Origin: Flaccisagitta enflata
Taxonomy: Eukaryota
Length of the DNA: 64,000 bases
Direction of reading: 5' to 3'
Assembly (NCBI GenBank): GCA_965153355.1
Contig: OZ231126.1
Coordinates: 682,001-746,000, forward strand
This document shows positions 27,136 through 40,742 of this stretch, in pieces (the stretch's first letter is position 1; the number at the start of each line of letters is the position of its first letter). The notes under the pieces were generated by a model. That model had not been told where the DNA came from. It saw only the letters and a list, made by a program, of their open reading frames with translations, and did no database searches. The translations under genes and the position numbers were made by a program.

Positions 27136-30100
27136 CATATGTACATATTTTGTTGATTTTTATCTTGATGTTTCGTTATACTGCTTAAAAAAAACATTGT
27201 TTCCGCTGCTAATGGCAATGTCAGGGGCGTTCCCCTTGATATTGCAGACAAGTTCCAACAGACGGACCATTTACTATGCCAAGAGTCATTAGGGTATTAC
27301 CGTTGACTCATTTTCTTTGTCTTTTTTGACATTCCTTTGCAGACATGAGAGACATGATAAACATAAGGAACAAGGCTGTATAACTTGCCCCAGTCGCGGA
27401 CGCGTGGGCGGGAGTGGAAAACAGAAATGTGACATGATGTGACCGACCGATCAACACAGTAAGTTCTAGAGTTGCGTCTTCGCGGCTAAAAAAGAAGAGA
27501 AATGAAGAGACATGAAAAGATATGAAAGGACATTAGAAGATATGAGAAAACCTGAGGAGACATGAGGATACATTCAGAGACATGACAAGACATGAAGAGA
27601 CATGAAGAGACATGAAGAGACATGAGAGACAAGACAGACATAAGGAGACATGAAGAGACATGAAGAAGACTGGAGAGAAAACAGTAAAGATCGCATTGAA
27701 CAAGGCCGGATACACGGCAAGACAGTTGCAGACTGTTGGGCAGGAGCAGTAATGCGAAAATCGTCCAAAATTAAAAAAATGTGACAGATGGACATACTGA
27801 CCGACATACCAACCAACCTACCGACCAAAATGGCAAGGTGTAGAGTCGCGTATCCGCGACTAAAAATTTCGCGTTACCATCCTTCCTACATAGATACACC
27901 CTCTTATAAAGATGCGAGGATTCATCTAAAAACATTCAAATTTCTACCTTTCATTTTCAAGGTAAAACAGAACAAGGTTATTAGACTTATGTTGTGTGCG
28001 TCGGCATTTTCACAAAACGTCACACAGACAGGCAGACAGACAAAAATTTTCAAAATGACCTTTCAATCAGCCAGCAAGTTTTTTTATATCCTAAAACCTT
28101 TAAATTGTCTAAACATCTTTTGAACAACTTTGTGACGGATGGACGGATGGACGGACGGACGGACCAATGAATGGACCGACGGACCCAAAAGTGGCTTACA
28201 GTATCGCGTAGCACGCGACTAGAATAAGCGTCTAGACAAAAATTCCTGTTGTCTCGTTCATCTGAAATTTTTTCCTTACGTTCATTTAACCATACCAGAA
28301 CTATGATATCGCCGCGATTCTTATAAGTTTTGTTCCATTTCCTCATCATAACAATTTCACTTGCTCAATCACAAGGAGACTATTTGCTTAAATATTAATG
28401 ACTGATGAAAAATTGAAGAAGGTAGTTGTTAAGTTTTTGTCCCTTCTAAAAAAAAACTGTTTTTAGCTTTCCGCTTAAGCATACCGTATTTCTTGTAATT
28501 AGCACCCTGGGCGCTTTCCAAATTAAAATGAGACATTGCCATTTTTAACCTGCAATTAGCGCCCCCTTAGTACCCTATATGTACATGATTTTACATTTAA
28601 TTTACTTTTTTTGACAAATCTATTATATTTCAGTGCAGTAAAATAAAAAAAATGAGTTCTGATGTATTACAGGCTATATTCATGTGGTTTTTGCAAAAGA
28701 AAACTTAGTTAAAAAAATTTAAAAGGATTTTTTGCATAAAAAGATAATTTGTCATTAACTCATTCTCTCATCAAAAGGGGGGCCTAATTAGAGAGGTAGG
28801 CCTTGCGTATAAACGTTTTTCCAGTTTCATTATGGGTTCAGAATACCTCTGAAAACCTTTCCTGGGTTTTATCACGGGTTCACATCAGTTTACGTAATTA
28901 TATTAACAAAAGATGTTTGGTTATTAAACAAGGAAAAAAATGAAAAAAAGTGAGAAATAAATGAAAAAAAAGAAGGAAGAGTAAGTTTAGTTATTTGAAA
29001 AGAAAAGAAACAAACAATAATCTGGCAGTCACATACACACACATTCATAAACATACACACACACATTCATAAACATAACCTTTTGTGGATGAAATAAAAA
29101 ATGGTAATTTGATAAGTGAGATTAAAAGAATGATATAAAAATAAAATATATATAAAAAAAAAGTCAGGCTGAAATAAACCAATTTCGGGTTTGGCCTCAA
29201 AACCACTCATTCTCTCGGCCAAACCCACCAGGCCTTAGGGGCGATAAATGCAAAAATAAGTGAAAAACAAAAGCCAACACCTTTAAGTCGCGTGTGAGAC
29301 TTACAGATTGACTTAGAATGACTTAGAATGACTCGGTATACTCTTAAATGACTTTAAATGACTTAAAGAAATGAAATTGATGAAAAAAGTAAAAGTGTGA
29401 CGGACCAACAGACCGACCAACCAACCATCAGGTAATCTGTAACGTAAAACAGTGAGATTAAACCCCGAGGTTGCTTGGAATAGCTTGGGGTTGCTTGGGG
29501 TCACTCGGGATTGCTTGGGGTTGCCTGGGTTGCTTGGGGTTGATGTTATTGTTTCTAGCCATGCAACCCCAAGCAACCCCAACCCCTAGGCTTTGATTGC
29601 TCGGGGTTTACTCAGGGTTCACTTGGGGTTTACTCAGGTTTCAGCTCCGAGCAACCCCGAGCAACCTCCAGGGTTTAATCTCACCCCAGATTATGAGGTG
29701 TCGGGGTTGCTTGGGGTTGATGTATATATTGGTCATTGTTTTTAACAATGCGACCCCAAGCAACCGCAAGCAACCCCAAGCAAACCACGAGCAACCCCAA
29801 GCAAACCCCAAGCTTGGGTTTCTTGGGGTTTAATCTCACCCCGTAATCTGCCCACCAACGGACAGATGGACAGACGGACAGAGCGGGGCTTAGAGTCGAG
29901 TGCACGCGGCTAAAAACTAAGAACATTAACTTTTTTTCTAAACCAGTGAAAGATGCAGGGAAATACCCCTTTTTGGGCAGCGGCCCCAAAGGGCCGATGT
30001 CCTGTAGAACACAGGGGGGAATTTCAAGACGTCTGTCCATCCGTCCGTCCTTCCTTCCGTCCCCCCCTCATTGACCATCAAGGCCTCAAATCAGCCCTCC

Positions 30101-31779
30101 CAGGCCTCAATTTAGCCCTCCAGGCTTCAAATCAGCCCTCTTGGCTTCAAATCAGCCCCCAACCCCCATGCCTCAAAACTGCCCTGCAGACCTCAAATCT
30201 GCCCTCCAGACCTTCAATCAGCCGTCCAGGCATGAAACCAGCCCTCCAAACCTCAAATCTGCTCTCCAAGCCTTAATTAAGCCCTCCAGCCCTCAAATAT
30301 GCCTTCAATGGCTTAAATCAGCCCTCTAGAGCCTCCTCAGGACAGACGGAAGGACAGACATCTCAAAATTCCCCCCCCTTGTTCTACAGGACACTGATGC
30401 CCTGCTTTCACTCCACTTTTTCACTGGATCGCTCCCAGCAGGGCTCCGGGTACCGCTGATCATTTCCGATCATTGGATGATTAGTTTAGGCTCTCTCAGC
30501 GGCGCTCATTCTTATAGTATAGGAAGGTCCAATTTGAAAATGGATCCGGTACCATTTTTTTGGTTGATATGCCATCCCCGGCATGTGCTGAGAAAAGATG
30601 GTTTTCATAGCTCAACGGTATTTTCACAAAAATCGAAGCCCCCGAAGTGTGGAAATGTGTGCTATTTATAAGTATGGGAATGATAATGCTCTTTGCGTGA
30701 ATGTCTTTTTCCTTCTTTCTTTCCAATTCGATGCCTTTTGTTTTTTGCCCAATTTGGCCGCAACCATATGGTGCGTATGGGTTTGTCCATTTTGCCTTGC
30801 TCTTTTATTGATTTAGAATTACGTGTTCTCACGTATTTTTCCTTCTACCTTTTTCGTCTTCGTATATTTTATCATGCATTTTGTCTAGCATATACATACG
30901 TTATGACATCATTTAACAACTGGAATGATTGATATTTTGGCAAATTTTCATGTGTCTTCGTGAATTTCTCTACATTTCATAAGTCTCTCATCCTTTTAGT
31001 GCAGAGACATATGAACGAACTGTTATGTTGATCTCGTGGCTGGGGCTTAGGGGGTGAGCCTAAAGTAAAGTTTTATCATTTCGCATTTTTAGACGTTTTA
31101 TTGTTGTTTTTGTCATCTGATTTTTTATTGTTTTATTGTCTGTTTTTGGCGTTTTATCGTCTGTTTTTATCATCTGTCCGGTCAACTAATTATTGGGTGA
31201 TATGGGTGAATTTAGTGGGATGGGCAGGGCGGGGGCAGTGTGCGGATCTGGCCCCATGGCCTCTACATAAGATGTATATGTTGTTATTAGCTGTTTCTGT
31301 CCATGTCTATCCTGATCTCATCTGTTGGCTTTCATACCATTAGTTGTCGATATTTAATGCCCAATTTTCCTTTGGTATTTGTCCCCATCTCAAAGATTGT
31401 TGAGAAATTTACTACCACCACATCAAAAGACCATCGTCCTGTTTTTTCAGTCTCATTAAATTCACATTTAAGTCTAGCATCATCAGACAGTCAGAGATAT
31501 CTACAAGTCAAAGCTATCTGATGCAAACTATTATTACGTGGGCTAATGTTTCAACAATTTAAACTGATATTCTCTGGGACTTTTCTTTGGTAATCCTCAG
31601 TATGTCATTTCAATGCATTATTTTTCCATGTGAGCAACAACCTGGGTCAAACTATGCGTCTCGTCTTCTCAGATTATTGTTCTTCAATGAACCAATGTCC
31701 AGGAATGGGAAAAGCCAGTGTAATGAAACACAAACTATCTGCAGGAAATGGATGGTGTGATCGGCTCTCCGACGCCGTT

Positions 31780-34700
31780 TAGCGCGATGGAAGACTGAAC
31801 AATTATGAAAGCGCCATCAGCTGTATGCAGTTCTGTTAGTGCATGAAAGAGAGGGGCGGGGTCTGCGGGCCTGATGTCGTTCTCATAAACTCATCACAAA
31901 TGGCGATCGAAACCAGATTCTCCGACGATCCTCTCTCCTGCCGTCTGTGTGATAGGGTTCTGCGTCAGAGTCGAATGTAGCGATATGGGCCTTCGCGGAG
32001 TTTCAGCTTAGCGGCGGTACGGTGAGGATTTCTGGCGCGTGGCGTCGTCATGGTGGCAGCGTGTGACCAGTATAAAAGAGAATGTGCATCAATTTCATCT
32101 GAACAGTATGCAAACTGAATCGGCTGCGTGACAATAGCGGTGGTCCAAATTCTGGATGAAGATAATCTTCCCTTCCGGGATCGTCCAAAGTATTTTGGAG
32201 TCTGCCAGCGGTGCATATCAAGCGCTCCAATCTCGACGGTCATCTTCTCTACATCCAGAAGCGTCCAGATGCGTCGGGGAGAGAGATGACATTTCGAAAT
32301 TCGAGCCGTCGTCAGCGGGCCAAAAACTCAGCGAGGCGCGGTTGGAAGAGATCTCGGCGGCAACAGCAATGGTAAAGACAAATCGGCCTGACGGTTTTGG
32401 CGCGAGAAGATCAGGCGTGGCGGCGTGATAAGTAGAAGAGAGAAGATTAGGAAGGATGCTGTAGGAGCAGAAACATCAGGATCAGAAATATTCAGGCTGA
32501 TCCTCTTGAAACAGCCAACAAAAGGTGGGTGGCAGCAGTGTGTCAGGAAGGAATTGTTAAAAATCGTCAACAAAAGGTCTTTCACATTAATGGATAGTTT
32601 TAGGAAAAACAACTGGTTGAATTGCAAGAAGCGTTCCTTTTCTGTTCGACAATCTGCGTCAGCCAACAAGTTAGAGCAGGCTGTCATCCGCATGACAAAG
32701 GGTGGGTGGCCACGGTGGCAGCGGTGGCAACGGGTGAAAATCCACCAACCTACAACGATGTTTTGACCAACGGGAAGCAAAAAGTGCAGTCGACGGACTG
32801 CTGCAACGTCTACAGCGGCATGCATCCGACGGAAGAATGCAATCAACTTCTCTCCCTCGACGTTGACGCAAGAGTCCAAAAGTTGGCTTCATGCCGGCTC
32901 TGCTTCCATTGCTTCACCAGTGGACACTCGGCGAAGGGTTGCGCCAACAGACCAACCTGCCAAACTTGCAAGCAAAGACACGCCACCATTCTCCACGGAC
33001 GCACATGGGTGAAGAAGGGTGATGGTAAGGAGGTGAAAAAGGGAGGAGAAAAGACTAATAATGGTATCCCATTCGCCAACTTCGAGAAATCCTCCAACAC
33101 CTCCACCACTCCAGCTTCAGCGCCGACAACAACGACCACCACAGAATCGAATATCATCACTCCTCACATTGAGGCGTGACTGGCGGCAACGGCCGCGTCA
33201 CAATCTGTTTCATCCTTCGACGACGTCATCCGTCCCATCGTCCCTGTGGTGATTGTAAACTGTGCGTCTGGAGTAGTGAAAGTCGAAGATTCGTCTTCGG
33301 CATCGACCTACTGACCGGGACACTACCCTAACTTCGGAACCGAAGTCAAAGACAGACAGACAGACAGACAAACAGAGAGGGAGGGAGAAAGAGAGAGGGA
33401 GAGAAAAAAAGAAATAAAGGGAGGGATAAATAAAGAAACAGAGAAACGAGGGAGAAAAAAAACATGAAAATAAAGATACAAATGATTGAAAAAAAATCAT
33501 TTAAAAAAATATCAGAACCACTAGTTTTGCTTCAGAGATTAACTTAAACTTTAAGAAACAAGCACATATTTGTATTGATATGATTAAATAAAAGAAATTT
33601 CACTTATTAGTATGATACTACTTTTCACATTCAAAAACAAAAAGAAATGACAAATCAATAAAAGATTTGAAGTTATTTTTTTTAAAAAAGAGAAATAAAA
33701 GTAAAGAATAAAGCAAGATGAAAATAAAAAAAAACAAGATAAAAAAATCAAAATTTGATATTTGTTTTTAAAATCTAAAAAAAAATTTGATTCAATCAAA
33801 AAATTAAAGTAACTTCGAACTTCGGTTTTGGACTTTGGCAAACTTCGGATTCGGTTTCGGAAACAAAGTCACTGTAATCTTCGGCTTCGGTTCGACTTCG
33901 GTCTACCTACCTTCGGTCTAACACTAGTCTGGAGAAGAGAAAACAATTTTCGCGATGATAGATAGTGGTACGGACAGAGATGTCATCAGCCACGACGTCA
34001 TCAAAGATCTGCGCATTTCTACAAATGTGGTTCAAATGAAGGTAGTGAACAATTATGTGACTGAAAACCATCTTTTAGCGTCATTCACTCTTCGCTCAAC
34101 CAACTCCGACTACATCATCGATGTCAACGACGCGTTGGTGGGGGATTTACTCACGAGTGAAAAAGATGTTCCTCCATTTCTCCGCGATCTCTCCGATCAA
34201 CCCCACGTCAGAGGCATAAGATTCCCAGAGGCGACGGGAGGCGTCAAAATGATCGTTGGCGCCGCTCATTTGGACGCCGCTATCGCTCAAGAGCGTCGTC
34301 GAGGTCCTCCAGGGTCTTTAACATGCTTCAGATGCAGTTTCGGTTGGACGATCAGCGGTAAAACTGGAAAGAAAGGGTTAGACGTCGCATCAATTAACGC
34401 TATTTCGGTGGATAATAACGAATTACATGAAAAAATCGACCGAATTTTCTACCATGATTTTGGATCAATTGTTTCCTCTGAAGAAATGGGCGACTCGCTT
34501 GAAAATATACGCGCCTGTGAAACACTCAAAAAGAAGATCCGTTTCTGCAAAGTGACAAAGAAGTATTTTGCGCCTGTGACATGGAAATTTGACTTCGAAA
34601 AAGTCATGGAGATACTGCGCAAAGTGAAGTCTCGGCCAACAGCCATGAAGCGGCTCGTCAACCAGCGCTTCCGCTTCAATCGCGATCCGGCCTTCAAAGA

Positions 34701-35835
34701 GCGCGTCTTCAAAGAGGTTGAGAAGTTCTATGAAATGGACATGGCGGTTGAGATTGACAGCATTGACAACGACGAGGACATTGTTAAACCAAGATGGCAC
34801 CTTCCTCTCCACATAGTGTAGTTGAGGGGTAAAACCAGGGTTTGTCACGACGCGCGAGCCGCCACCGACGGAATTTGTTTAAACGACCTGTTGGTAGGCG
34901 GACCAAATCTGATGAACAGTTTAATGGACATCCTCATGCGCTTTCGTCAATGGAAGATCGCCTTTATGTGTGACATAAAGGCGTTCTTCCATCAAGTTAG
35001 AGTCCACCCTGATGACGCTGATCTATTTAGATTTTTATGGTTCAAGGATAGAAGCCTCCGCCTTGCAACGTTGAATCTATTTCTCTCCCACGTGTTTGGA
35101 AGTCTCTCTAGCTCATGCGTGACTGGTTTCACCGTTAGACACCACGCCGAAGTGATCAGGCCATATTATCCTTCCAACGTCTACAATTTCATTCGTCATG
35201 GTTTTTACGTTGACAACGGAAGTGGAGGCGGTGATACGGTCAACGAGGCGTTGGAGTTGAAAACGGGAGTGAAATCAGCAATGGGAGATGGAGGTTTTCA
35301 GCTAGTAAAATGGAAGAACAATGCGCATCAGCTCATGGAAGGAGATCCTAACGTCGCCATTCCAATCGCAGATAAGCAAGATCACGACGACAAGCCGACA
35401 AAAGTTTTGGGAGTCTCGTGGCTTCCGGCTGAAGACGCCTTTGTCTTCATCTGCGAAGACAAATTTAAGACAATGAGGGCGAAGATACCACGTCAATTGG
35501 TCTCCATGCAAGCCAAACTCTATGGTCCACTCGGCTTTTGGAGTCCAAGCCTATATATTGGAAGGCGACATCTTCAATTGTGTTGTCCACAACAGACAGG
35601 ATGGGACTCTTCACTTGATGAGACACTGGAGGAATCATTCTTCAAATATACTTCCTCTTGGCCACTTCTTTCACAATATCGAGTCAAGAGGTGGTGGAAC
35701 GGCGAGACTGACACTGCTGACGTCGTTTCTGTCACCATCGAGATATTTTGTGATGCGGCGCCAAAAGGTGGATTTGGTGCTGTCGCATATCGTCGTCAAG
35801 TCAACGTTGACGGCTCGGTGTATGTGATAATGTAA
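31780..35835 (+). mobile_element. Decayed BEL/Pao LTR retrotransposon (gag zinc knuckles, aspartic protease, RT, start of RNase H); no integrase or LTR seen
   Basis: Gag CFHCFTSGHSAKGC...CQTCKQRHATILH; protease IDSG; RT K-x-R-x-CHDA, CLND-x-L-x-GGPNL, DIKAFFHQV, FG, YVDN (for YVDD); RNase H IFCDAA. In-frame stops at 33177-33179 and 34819-34821. The 5' boundary is approximate. Confidence 0.93.
33274..33926. mobile_element. Non-autonomous hAT-type element inserted into the BEL protease region
   Basis: TAGTG...CACTA ends, perfect 8-bp TSD GTCTGGAG (33266-33273 and 33927-33934), subterminal CTTCGG repeats. Removal restores ...VNCASGEEKTIFAMIDSG. Confidence 0.92.
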
Positions 35836-35904
35836 AAATTATGCAAATCAGGAAAAATTCTTTGTCCACCACCCCTGTCTTTGTGAGCTCATATCTTCTA
35901 AACG

Positions 35905-36365
35905 TATTGAGCTAATGACCTCAACTTGGGCAGACTCTGCTATTTGAAATGAGCCCAAGTTGAAGTCATTAGCTTAATTTATTTAGGAGCAACAGTCTTC
36001 CAAAGTTGATGCTTTTTTTGAAGAATTTACCCCTTACTTTGTAGGTGTCTATCTTTAAAATGAATTGAGCGAATGACCTCAACTTGGGCTCATTTTAAAG
36101 AACTGACACACAGCTTCAAAGTGAGCCTGAGGTGAGGTCATTAGCTCAATTTGTTTAGGAGCAACAGTCTCCCAAATTTCTTTTTTTTTTTTTTGAGAAA
36201 AGAAGAATTGACTTCCTACTTTTTAGGCCTCCTATCCTAAAGTTATTCTTAAAATGAATTGAGCTAATGACTGCATCTTGAGCTCATTCCAAGAAACAGA
36301 CACAGCTCTCAAAAATGAGCCCAAATTGGGGCCTCTAGCTCAATTCGTTAAGGGGCAACACGCTT
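35905..36365. repeat. Three tandem units, each carrying a long hairpin
   Basis: GAGCTAATGACCTCAACTTGGGC ... GCCCAAGTTGA-GTCATTAGCT at about 35910, 36067 and 36261. Confidence 0.75.
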
Positions 36366-36906
36366 CCAAGGTGGATGCTTCTTTTGGGAATTAAAGCATT
36401 TCCCCTTTGTTACCAACTTTTGACAACTTTGCATTTCTTGGAGCTAACTCGCTCATTTATGAGCCAACTTGCTCAATTTAGCTACAATTGCATTTTTCTT
36501 GATGCTAACTCCCTCCATTCCAGGCAAACTCACTCAAATAGGACTGAATCCATTCCTTGAGGCATACCTGCTCATTGTGTGCATCATCGCTTTCCTTGTG
36601 TCATGAGCTTTCTAACGATATGCTGGACTGAATACTTTTCTTCAGGGTGAGTTATAATTCTCAAAAAATTTCATTAGCGGAGATTGCTCCGACTTCCTTT
36701 GTGCGTGCGTGCGTAAAAAGTCCGCCACCGCAAAGCCATTGGATTTTCAATCGGCAAAGCTTACACATGTACGCAATGCGCAAAAGTGCGCAACATCCAA
36801 TTTTCATGCGGTTTTTTGATCTGGAATGCTCACACGCTCAGCTTTAATCTATCAATGCCGTTTTTTGTCTGGACTCTTTAAAGTGGCGCAATATACGATT
36901 GAGTAA

Positions 36907-37727
36907 AGGAAATTTCTCCTATAAAGTGGGCCAGCTAAAAAACATGATTTGGTAGGCAAAAAACATTGTTTCCTTCCAGCAATACTTTTGTCGATGATGA
37001 TAGCTGTTCTGAGACATCCCCTTGGACCAAGTGCCCGACATACATGCTTCATAATCAAGATTTTGATAGGTTAAATGTCTAAAAGTACAGCCAAATAAGC
37101 CTTTTTTCCCTGTCACACTTGTGTCACACTTCAAATCTACTATGATAAAGACACCAAGAAAATGTCAAGCCTATCGAACTATGGGTCGTTTTTGTACCAT
37201 TGTTATTCCTAAAGAAACACCAAAAATTTCATGGTGATCGGTGGTCATTTACTATGGAAAAAGTTCACTCATAATTGATTTGTCAAAAAATGAAAAAAAT
37301 TTTCAATTTTGATATAGTAATAAGCTATGCACAAAACAACCTCCTTTCAGGTGTGATGGAAAATTTTTTTTTTTCCCTGTTTAGTAAAGACATAACCCAG
37401 GTTACATGCCAAATTTCAGACTATGAAATGTGCAACAAAAAGTATCTTACAAAAAACTTTAGGAAAATGTTATTGAAAAATAAATTTACCATATAAAAGT
37501 AAAATAAAACATTCAAAAGCTGTTTTTCATAGAAATTCACATAATCAAACACAGTTTAAGACTTTAAGTGATTTTTTCAGTATGATTCAAAAGAGTATCA
37601 AATTCTGAGCCTGGAATCAAAATTTCAAGCTGATAGATGCCACTATGATTGAATTATGTTATTTTTTGCAATGTTAACACATTCAGGCACTCAATTTTTG
37701 CCGGCCCAGTTTATAGGAGAAATTACC
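36907..37727. mobile_element. TIR element (MITE-like)
   Basis: About 30-bp imperfect TIR AGG(A/T)AATTTCTCCTATAAA(G/C)TGGGCC. Confidence 0.75.
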
Positions 37728-38692
37728 TAAAAGTTGTAAGGGGAAGCCCAAAAATACTGCATCGTTTTTGTTGCAAATGTTGTTAAGATAAGCATTATTG
37801 GGTATTTTTGAAAGTATTTGTCAAAAAAATATAAACCGCGTTCATCTTTATATATACTAGACAACAATAACCTAACAGAAACTAGGTCAAAATCTTCATT
37901 CAATTCCGCTTACTTCCATCAAAAACTGTGAACTGAATTCCTTTTGCTTAGTAATTCTTATACAAAACTGTCATGGAAAGATGCGATTGATAGAAAGGGT
38001 TCGCATTGGAGAAAATATTTTTTGAAAACGGTTCCAGACAGTATTGGATGTCCTCTTTCATATATGTGTGAAAGAAGCAGACAGAAAAATATTGAGACCC
38101 CCTTCCGTTTGCTCAAAGTTGATTTGAACTTTGACGATTTCTAAGGTTTGCGTCATTTGTTTTTCTCCGGGATTTTCATCATTTTCTGATGATTTTAGGT
38201 GCGTCTTGACATGATTTCACCCGTGGTAACAAAAATATGACTAAACACTATGTAATCATTGTTTAGTAATAGCATGTCCAACCCATTTCCGCGCGGAATT
38301 AAGCTGATTTTCAACGATTATTTTCATTAACTTGGAGGTGCGACGTTTCCATTCTCTACTAAAAGGAAAATATCATGGCTTAATCGGGTTCCTTACGTGA
38401 GATTTTGAACGGCTTTTCTCGGTCATCATGGCCTTCTTTGCTCACCCTATCGTGTTCATATCACATTTACGGATGAATCTTATCTATGTGCACGCAAAAA
38501 AGCAAAATAACAAAGGTTCCTTTGCGTTGCAAGGTCAAAACTTAGCGAATGAGGACAAGCTTTCATTTTGGGCTCCGTGGCCTGGCTTGCTCTTACTATA
38601 CATGAAAAGTTAATCCATGGCTAATCTGATGTATTCCTGTGATGGACACACAGATATATGATGCGAATAAGGGCATACAGATGAGAATTTGG

Positions 38693-38771
<79 letters not shown>

Positions 38772-38803
38772 CGACAACGACAACAACAACAACATCAACA
38801 TAC

Positions 38804-38899
38804 TTGTCAGGTTTCACTGCATAATCTTCATTAATTGAGTCGATAATAGAGGCCACTTCCGTATTATATCTCATGAGATTAGGAGGCACAAAATCAGCT
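38804..38899 (-). CDS. MACPF-type exon (RADFVPPNLMRYNTEVASIIDSINEDYAVKPD), last exon found
   Basis: ccgcag acceptor, gtatgt donor, phase 2 to 2. Position corresponds to the helix preceding the MACPF Y-G-T-H signature, which was not found. Confidence 0.75.
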
Positions 38900-39150
38900 C
38901 TGCGGATGTTTGATAAAAGACAGAAACATCATAAACAAATCTGAAAGAATTGGTAGGGTAGAAAGAGGTGAAATGGGTCACCAGGGATAGGATTGGTTAC
39001 CCACCTTTCTCGAAGCATCCGAGGAAAACATTGGCGATCATCTAGGAAGATTCAGTGTGTTTAGTTTTACATGCTACCGCTGAATAGAGTGAGTGACCCA
39101 TTTTACCCAATCACCCCCTACATTTCTACACCATCGAGTAGACGCCTTAC

Positions 39151-39386
39151 CGAAATCCTGAGACAAAGGCGGTGACTTCGGTCACATGAAGGGAAGAATT
39201 GGTGATGGAACTATGTACAGATGATGTAGATGCGGACATGGAGAAGGCACCAGGAACGTTGACGCCTGCACTGGCTTCACGACTCGACTGCAGATCCTTC
39301 ATAGAAGTGATAACACTGGCCTTGGAATCCTTGGCACCACTAGACACAGATTCAACCCCTTTTATCTGATCCGGCAAGTCGTATTC
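39151..39386 (-). CDS. MACPF-type exon (EYDLPDQIKGVESVSSG...SAGVNVPGAFSMSASTSSV...FVSGF)
   Basis: YD-x-PDQ motif followed by a Ser/Ala/Gly-rich amphipathic stretch like a MACPF TMH1 region; ttaag acceptor, gtaagg donor, phase 0 to 2. Confidence 0.85.
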
Positions 39387-39954
39387 CTTAAGAATTACAA
39401 GCGGTAAACAAGTCATGACTCATGACCAATGGTCCTTGGATTGGATTTAATGCTCAATAGCGTCATGAACACTTTTAGAAATCAATCTAAATGAGCTGTA
39501 CAATTGTAAATTGTACACGGTGAAATTCAATGAATAAGAAATGAATACATACATTCAACTATTTACATATTTCATTCAACGTAAGCAGTTACTGAAATTG
39601 ATACTTATGGTTCAGTTGTAAAGGAGAGGACAGGTAATCATTTCTCATTCTACCATTTGCAAAACGTGTTTCCCAAACCATACATATTTCTGCCAACATC
39701 CGGTTCAGAGTCTCTTCATCTTCAGGATAGATATCATAGAAATGTACATCATTGCTATGATTTCTGTTTAGCTTTTCTGTTTAGCTCTGGTTTGGCCGTG
39801 AGAAGGCCGAAGCTTGGTCTTGATGCCTAACCCGAAATTCGGTTTTGCCTACAAACCCGACATTGTTTTCTGGCATCTTTTTCCTTCTATTTATTTCTTT
39901 TTTCTTTCATAGGTCACTTTTATGTGTTTTATTGTTTTTTTGATTATGACAGTG

Positions 39955-40069
<115 letters not shown>

Positions 40070-40081
40070 TGTCCTCTAACA

Positions 40082-40214
<133 letters not shown>

Positions 40215-40577
40215 CAAACCAAATTTTGATTTAATAGCCTGCCATAACCACTGTGAACGCCCTGAAAATAAGCATGGCAAATACTTTATTTTGTATTCCA
40301 CTTATGGGGTATCCCGTATTTCAAAGTCTAGACGGCATCTACTGTATTAAATGACAAAATCATAGAGGAATTAAAAAAAATATTTGTAATGGTTTGCAAC
40401 GCGCGATATTGGATGACGTGAAATGAACAAAAATAGTAATTTCAAGTAATTTCAGTATACTGCCCTGGCCAAACCACATTGGATACATAACGGCCCATCA
40501 GGATGCTACGTACTGCCCTTGCCCAACCCCAAGCGACTGCGAATTGGCCGTGTATCCAGCCTTGTTATTGCGCTTAC

Positions 40578-40742
40578 CTTAGTGGTTTTGTACTTTTTGC
40601 CTCTCGTGCATGAGAAATCAAAAAGAATCGCTTTGAAGCCAAATGGCACGGAAGTGTCCGGCGGCATTAGATCCAGAGTGGTTACGTCAACTCCTCGAAT
40701 CATTCGAGTTAATCCCGGTAATGGATATGCACATGGAGTGTA
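40578..40742 (-). CDS. MACPF-type exon (YTPCAYPLPGLTRMIRGVDVTTLDLMPPD...GFKAILFDFSCTRGKKYKTTK)
   Basis: PG-x3-M-x-RGVD-x-T-x-LDL...GF...FDF-x-C-x2-G resembles the N-terminus of perivitellin-2 67 kDa-like invertebrate MACPF proteins (recognised from memory); ctctag acceptor, gtaagc donor, phase 0 to 0. Confidence 0.85.

Noticed and set aside
31620-31782. Cys-containing short frames considered as the missing astacin or MACPF exon
   Set aside because: No CC-x2-C or GTH motif, and no convincing phase-compatible match.
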